64,000 bases of DNA from Anolis carolinensis (taxonomy: Eukaryota). The translations under genes were made by a program, and so were the position numbers. The stretch lies in assembly GCF_035594765.1 (NCBI RefSeq), contig NC_085842.1, positions 157,617,036 through 157,681,035 of the forward strand, read 5' to 3'. Under the pieces are notes generated by a model. It ran no database searches. It was not told the origin of the DNA and was given only the letters and a program-made list of their open reading frames with translations. Below, piece by piece: positions 58,373 to 64,000 of this stretch. Position 1 is the stretch's first letter, and every line of letters starts with the position of its first letter.

Positions 58373-60417
58373 AAGACTGTATGACTTGCTGGTGGATTTC
58401 TATGGCTGAGCAGGAATATGAATCCTGCATTACTTAGACTGATTTTGGAAAAGCTGAGATCGCACTCCCTACTAATCTTCCAAGAGACCCAGGACTGTTT
58501 GTTAATGGGATTAGCTACTAGCAATCTATATGGCAGAGTATCTGTTTCCTGTTTTACATGTTCAACCAAGTAGTTTGGTTTCAGTATGGGCAACCCAGGA
58601 GTGGAATCATGTTTACATACACTGCTCAGAAGGAGTTACAAGGATGAGTGCTGAAGAGGCAAGCAGGGAAAGGAAGATATCCTGAATCTATACCTACCTC
58701 CAGAACTTGAAGGAGGATCTGCTCACCAGGACTAGCCTCTTGAAATTTGACTGGGTCCTAATCTGCATTGCTAGCCCGTGCGCTTTGGGGGACAGGGGCC
58801 TGCATATTCTCTGGTTCTACAGGTGCGTGGAAACTTCTCTTCCAGGAGCAGCAGCCATCATAGTTGGTAGCTGCTGAGGAACTGAACTGAACCTGCACCC
58901 CTTGTCCTGGCAGCAGATATCTGACTTAAAGAATCGAGAAATCTGACTTAAAGAATCGAGAAGCAAATACGAAATTTCATAGAATCTCTGATCAGTGGTA
59001 GATGAACTTGGGTACTTTACTGGGACATTTGTATTAGTGCCATGAAGCCCACCAACCAGAGCTTGGTGCAAAACATGTACACTTAGAATTAAATGTTTTA
59101 TGAGGCTGAAATTTGTTTCTGAATTCACTCTGTCCTATAAACTGGGTATACCTCCAAACTCATTTGCACACACCTATGCCTCATTCGTGCTAACTTTCTT
59201 CATTTCTGTATATAGTATGTTATAATTTTGGACAGTGGGGAAAGGGGAACATAATGTTGCTACTATTGCTAAATAATTGCTGATGTTAAATAATCCCTGC
59301 TCATCTATTGTATGTCACTAATGTTATAGTTATGTTCAGTGTATCTGCTTCCCAACCTTTGCCACAATCGTCATGAGTAATGCTTTCATTTTTTACTATG
59401 ACTCTGCTTGCTTGTTTGTGTTCACTGAACAGATACCAGCAGACCTTCTCGATTATACCAATTGGGTTTAAGAACCCTTTTTCTTGATGAGATATTCTCG
59501 TATTTTTATGAATGTCTACCTCAAATCACCTTTATTGCTAACAAATCATAGTTATCAGAGATAGAGGTGGGCTGGTTCTTGTAACTTGAAATTCTCGGTC
59601 AAACCCCTTTGGTTTATTTCCTGTGGAACCACGCCTTGATTTTCCTACTGCCTTAAACACATTCTGAAACCTGTTTAGTCTCACGTAGTATTTTGCCCTT
59701 CCATCGCAAAAATGTCAGAACTGGAGAACAAACTTTTATTTGAGGTGACTGGTTTGTTATTCTGTACAGCAGAAAACAGGAGAGATACTAGCTTTTTCAG
59801 TGATGTTTTAAGTATGGCAGAACTGTCAGATTAGTTGATATTCTAAGAGGCACCATGTTATATGTTCAGAACAATCTGCTTCTGTCCCTCCGGGATTGAT
59901 AATAAAAAAGGCAGATAAACAGTACATGCTAAAACCTTTGAATCAGATGGAATGCCAGTTTCCAGTCTCTCTTTTTTTTCTTTGTAACTGAGTTTTTTGA
60001 AGTCTCCCTTCTCTCTTTTGTTTCTGTCTTCCTATGTATGGGTATCAGAGAGTCCCATTCCTCCATCTGGTCTTCTTCTGAAGCACTTTGCATTAGAACA
60101 GTGACAGTGATTTCTGATTATCATGATGGGTTTCAATCTGTACTTTAAAGCAGCTGTTGAAGGATGCTAAGCCCTATCTCTGACATACTTCTGCATGTAG
60201 GTCATTTAAAGTTACAGCTGAAATCTGGAGCAGAATAATTACTCCTTTGACATTGGTGTCACCAGACACCATGAGAGAGGTTTTAACTTGGAATCTTACT
60301 TCATGATCTGTTACATATGTTTAATGTTTAAAGAGAGAATTCTAGCATTTGAGTGGTAGTAAATTCCTCTCTGGGTTTTCAAAGTGCATGTGCATGTATA
60401 TGATTGTTTGTCTAATG

Positions 60418-60535
60418 CAGGCATGGGTAAACTTTGGCTCTCCAGCTGTTTTAGACTTCAGCTCCCACAATTCCTAACAGCCGATACGGAGTTGAAGTAC
60501 AAAACACCTGGAGGGCCAAAGTTTACCCATGCCTG
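60418..60535. mobile_element. hAT MITE (related copy at ~44545-44654)
   Basis: TIRs CAGGCATGGGTAAACTT / AAGTTTACCCATGCCTG; TSD GTCTAATG/GTCTAATA. Confidence 0.85.
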
Positions 60536-61169
60536 GTCTAATATATATGCACCCATCCCTTGAGATGCTTTCCTTGAGATGCTCCAAATAGAGGTATATG
60601 TATATAGTTTGATGGGCCATTGCTTATTCCATGTGCAGGCTACATGGGGACAAGATGAAGTGCATTTGAGGGCAGGAGAGCTGTATGGACATGTCTCTCT
60701 CTCTATAAAGGGAGATGGACTGCAATGAATCTCAAGTGTTCCAGTCCAATATGGACTAATTCTCATTCTTTTATGGCTTTCTGTCTAATTGCTTTTTCTG
60801 TTTATGAGGGAGTGGGAAGGAAACAGTGAAAAAGAAACTTGACTTTTCCAGAACAAATTAAGGCACAATACAAAAGAAAAAGAATATAATACAATGGGGA
60901 ACAATTTCCAATTGTGCACTCTATGTTGTATCAAGAGTTGTCAGTTCAATGAAGGAAATTCCATTGGGTTGATGACAGAGTAGAAGCCCTCTTGATTCTG
61001 TCATAATAAAAAGAATGTGGATCAAGGTTTCCTTAGATAATCTCATCCAGTGGAAGAATACATGGGTTCCAAGAATATAGCTACTGAATTTTGCATTTAT
61101 CAAAGTATAGATTTTCCTGACCTTAAAATACACAGCCCCCCCCACCCCCCACCCCCCCACACACAATCT

Positions 61170-61408
61170 TGATGCCTTGGTTTTTAGGCCTGTTCCTGGG
61201 GCACTGATTCAGAAAATTGTATTTGATAAAACACATCAGAGATGGCTGATATGGGCAAGGAGGGTGAAGAACAATATGTGACATATGTTCTGTATCTCAA
61301 AAACTAGAATTGATAGGGGAAAAGTGGTGCCATTTTTGGAATCAGCAGGCCAAATATACCCAGAAAAAGACTTAACATTTGAGGCGCCAAAGTGTGTGTT
61401 GTCCAGTG
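61170..61408. mobile_element. DNA transposon end, possibly Chapaev-like (related copy at ~37935-38060)
   Basis: Two dispersed copies share TATCTCAAAAACTA..TGGTGCCA..CAAATATAC..GTGTGTTG; the family name is tentative. Confidence 0.45.
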
Positions 61409-62144
61409 TTATTAATCCATGTCGGTGGTCTGCTGGCAATAGTATAGCACCTTTTTAACACCCCCATAACTCAAATATTCTGCAAAATACAGCAGTTTTG
61501 CTTCACTTTCAATTACTCCAAAACGTAGACTGAAATTGAAACCAGCCCACTGGGAAATGATACATTGGTGAAAATTGGCCCCACTGCAGTTGCCCACATT
61601 TACCTTTAAATTGTGCTTATCTGGAATAATTCAAGTTTGTATGGAATGTAGCTAAGAGTTTTTTCAATCCAAGAAGCAGGCTCAGGTTATCAATTCCATA
61701 TTTATATGACACATTTAGGTTTAGAGGATCTAGGAAGGCCTGGCCCACAAATACTTCCGTAAAACCTTGAATATTGAATCCATGGATTAGGAGGTCATAG
61801 TATATACCAAAAACAACCTGGAAAATTTAAATATTGAATTATCAAGACCTAAGCGCTACAGGTATTTGGTTACTCCTGTGAAGTGTGAAAATTAAACAGT
61901 ACCTGTTTATTTTTCTGTAGCATGCATTTTTCTTGACCTGTAGGAACCCACAGATGATACACAGGTCTGGTTATGCTCTGTGAATATTTTTGAGTTGGAC
62001 AGATACTGGGATGGATTTCCAAAAGTATCTGTTCATGCTTTGGACAATTGAGGCTTTGTTGTCGTATCTTTGGTAATAGATTAATGATTTCTGTTGGCTC
62101 CTTTGTACGATGTTTGTCATAACTCTGTTGTCGTCTGATTAAAT

Positions 62145-62537
62145 CAAGCTTGTCCAACCTGTGGCCCAATATAAAATGATAAACTAAAGCATAATGAGTT
62201 TTTTTACAAAAGACTCAATCATGAACTCCGTAAACAACAACAGAACGGGATGGAATAATCAGAATATGTTACGTCTACAAATATTGGAGTATTATCCGAA
62301 ATTCACATAATAGTTGCAAACAGTCCGGCCAGAAGACCTGCACAATTATTTTAAAAGACCCTCCAAACGGGGTGGTACATAATTAGGACTCTTTTTTGCT
62401 TATCTGTGGTGGCAGATACCACAAAAATTACGTGTTTTTGGATTTTTTTGCTCATCGATTATTGTTAGCATTATGGTGGCCCAAGACAATTCTTTTTTCA
62501 TTGTGGACCAGGGAAGCCAAAAGGTTGGATATGCCTG
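62145..62537. mobile_element. Non-autonomous hAT-like element
   Basis: Imperfect TIRs CAAGCTTGTCCAACCT / AGGTTGGATATGCCTG. Confidence 0.65.
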
Positions 62538-64000
62538 ATTTACATTTTGCCCATTCAGATAACGGTTTCTGTGCCTCTCAACACAAGAATGGAATGAAAC
62601 TGCAGCTCTGTCATTCTGGTGTTGACCCTCGTCAGTTTGCAAAGTATCCAATGCTGCTAAACCAGCAGTATTGCTGGACTGTGAAACTGTAACACACTGT
62701 GCTTTTCCCTTGTGAGAGAAACTCGTGGCGCTTGACCAAAACTCTTGGCAGTCTGATGCTAGGCCTCTACAACATTAGTAGCAGGATCTGTAGAGGTGAA
62801 AACAGAATTGTACACAAGGAAAATGTGTGTGTTAGTGAGGAGAGTACCTTGAGTGGGACAAAGTATTACTTGTTTTCTGTGGCTGAGGAGTGGTCAATTT
62901 GTGGCCACCCAGGTGTTACTAGACTGCAATTCTCATGAGTTCTAGACAGCACAGACAAAGATAAGATAACAGATTTTCCATCTCTGCTGTAGTAAAACAG
63001 GGCTGGGCGGCATTTGATCTTCAAGTTGTTTTGGATTTTATTTCTCAAAAGCCTGGTCAGCAAAGGAAACGTTTCAAGCATATATACAGTAAGGCTTTTG
63101 TAGCCATGAAACCCATATCTGCAGTTTCACTAAATGTGAATGGTCCTTTTAAAAATTTGCTAGGTCTTCCATATTCTGCGGTATGCTTGCCCTACATGTT
63201 ACCGTAGAGTTGCATCGGAGGAGCTAGGCAATTTCTATAAAATTGCTCTCTAGCTATCTCTAGATCTTGCAACTCCAAGGTATGCTGAGAAGGGAAGTGA
63301 GCTAATTCAATGGCATTTAATTGTATCCACAGTTTCAGATAATCATGGTTCAGCTGGGAATATATCCCCCACAGATACAAGGATTTTGCTGTAGAAACAT
63401 TGGAAACGTTCCCTACTTTAATATAAATATAATATTGCTGCAACATAATACTGCTGGTTTGCTTTTAGTTTCATAGATGTACAACAGAAAAAGCTGAATT
63501 TGGTTACTTAGAGCAGGGCTTCTAAAACATTTTTCCACTCGCAACCCCTTTTCGCCTGAGGCATTTTACATGACCCCGGGTATATAGGTAAATAACATTG
63601 ATAAACAAACCATAAATTTACTGATGATTAATGTCAAATGAGAGTGAGAATTAATGTGTTGTGAGTTGCATGGGGGAGTGGGACATGGATCTTTAAAGAG
63701 GTAAACTTCATCAGAATTTTGAAGTCATGGAGATTTTTTTTTTTCAAAGTCTAGGTTTTGCAAGAAAAAAACAATTGAGGAGAATTGAAATAAATGCCAT
63801 ACTTTATTCCTTTTCATACTTTTTTTACTGTTTTGGCAATGTAAAATGCTTAATTCATAATTTAACAAGTGAATAAAACAAGAATATTTGGCATATTTCT
63901 TAAGTTTAAAAATAGAAAAGCCTAAATGTAATACAAACAAAATTGTAAATATATCCCGTAGAAGAAAAAGAGTTGCAAACTGTTGCATACTATGCTACCT

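Overview
Vertebrate genomic DNA. The repeat content (Sauria SINE, Penelope/Poseidon-like pLTRs, R4/Dong, RTE, hAT, Tigger-like and Harbinger-like MITEs) points to an Anolis-type lizard; the species is inferred. Three genes are recognised on the + strand from spliced translations: NABP2/SOSS-B1 (6 coding exons, 16797-23672, 213 aa), CNPY2 (5 coding exons, 31105-39517, 184 aa, ending in HDEL) and the first coding exon of citrate synthase CS (43954-44007). No further CS exon was found, so intron 1 appears to run beyond the window. A CpG island at ~4.0-4.6 kb has splice donors on both strands and probably drives a minus-strand gene (RNF41 by human synteny) as well as NABP2. Most long ORF-track entries are TE fragments or spurious. 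Most notable structures: (1) about 13 Penelope-type pLTR copies carrying a minimal hammerhead ribozyme motif, mostly as five asymmetric inverted pairs; (2) an hAT element built from tandem CR1-like 3'-end/(TAA)n units that has been hit twice by a TAA-targeting R4/Dong retrotransposon; (3) palindromic MITEs carrying ACTAYRNNNCCCR motifs beside the promoters; (4) a gene order rearranged relative to human.
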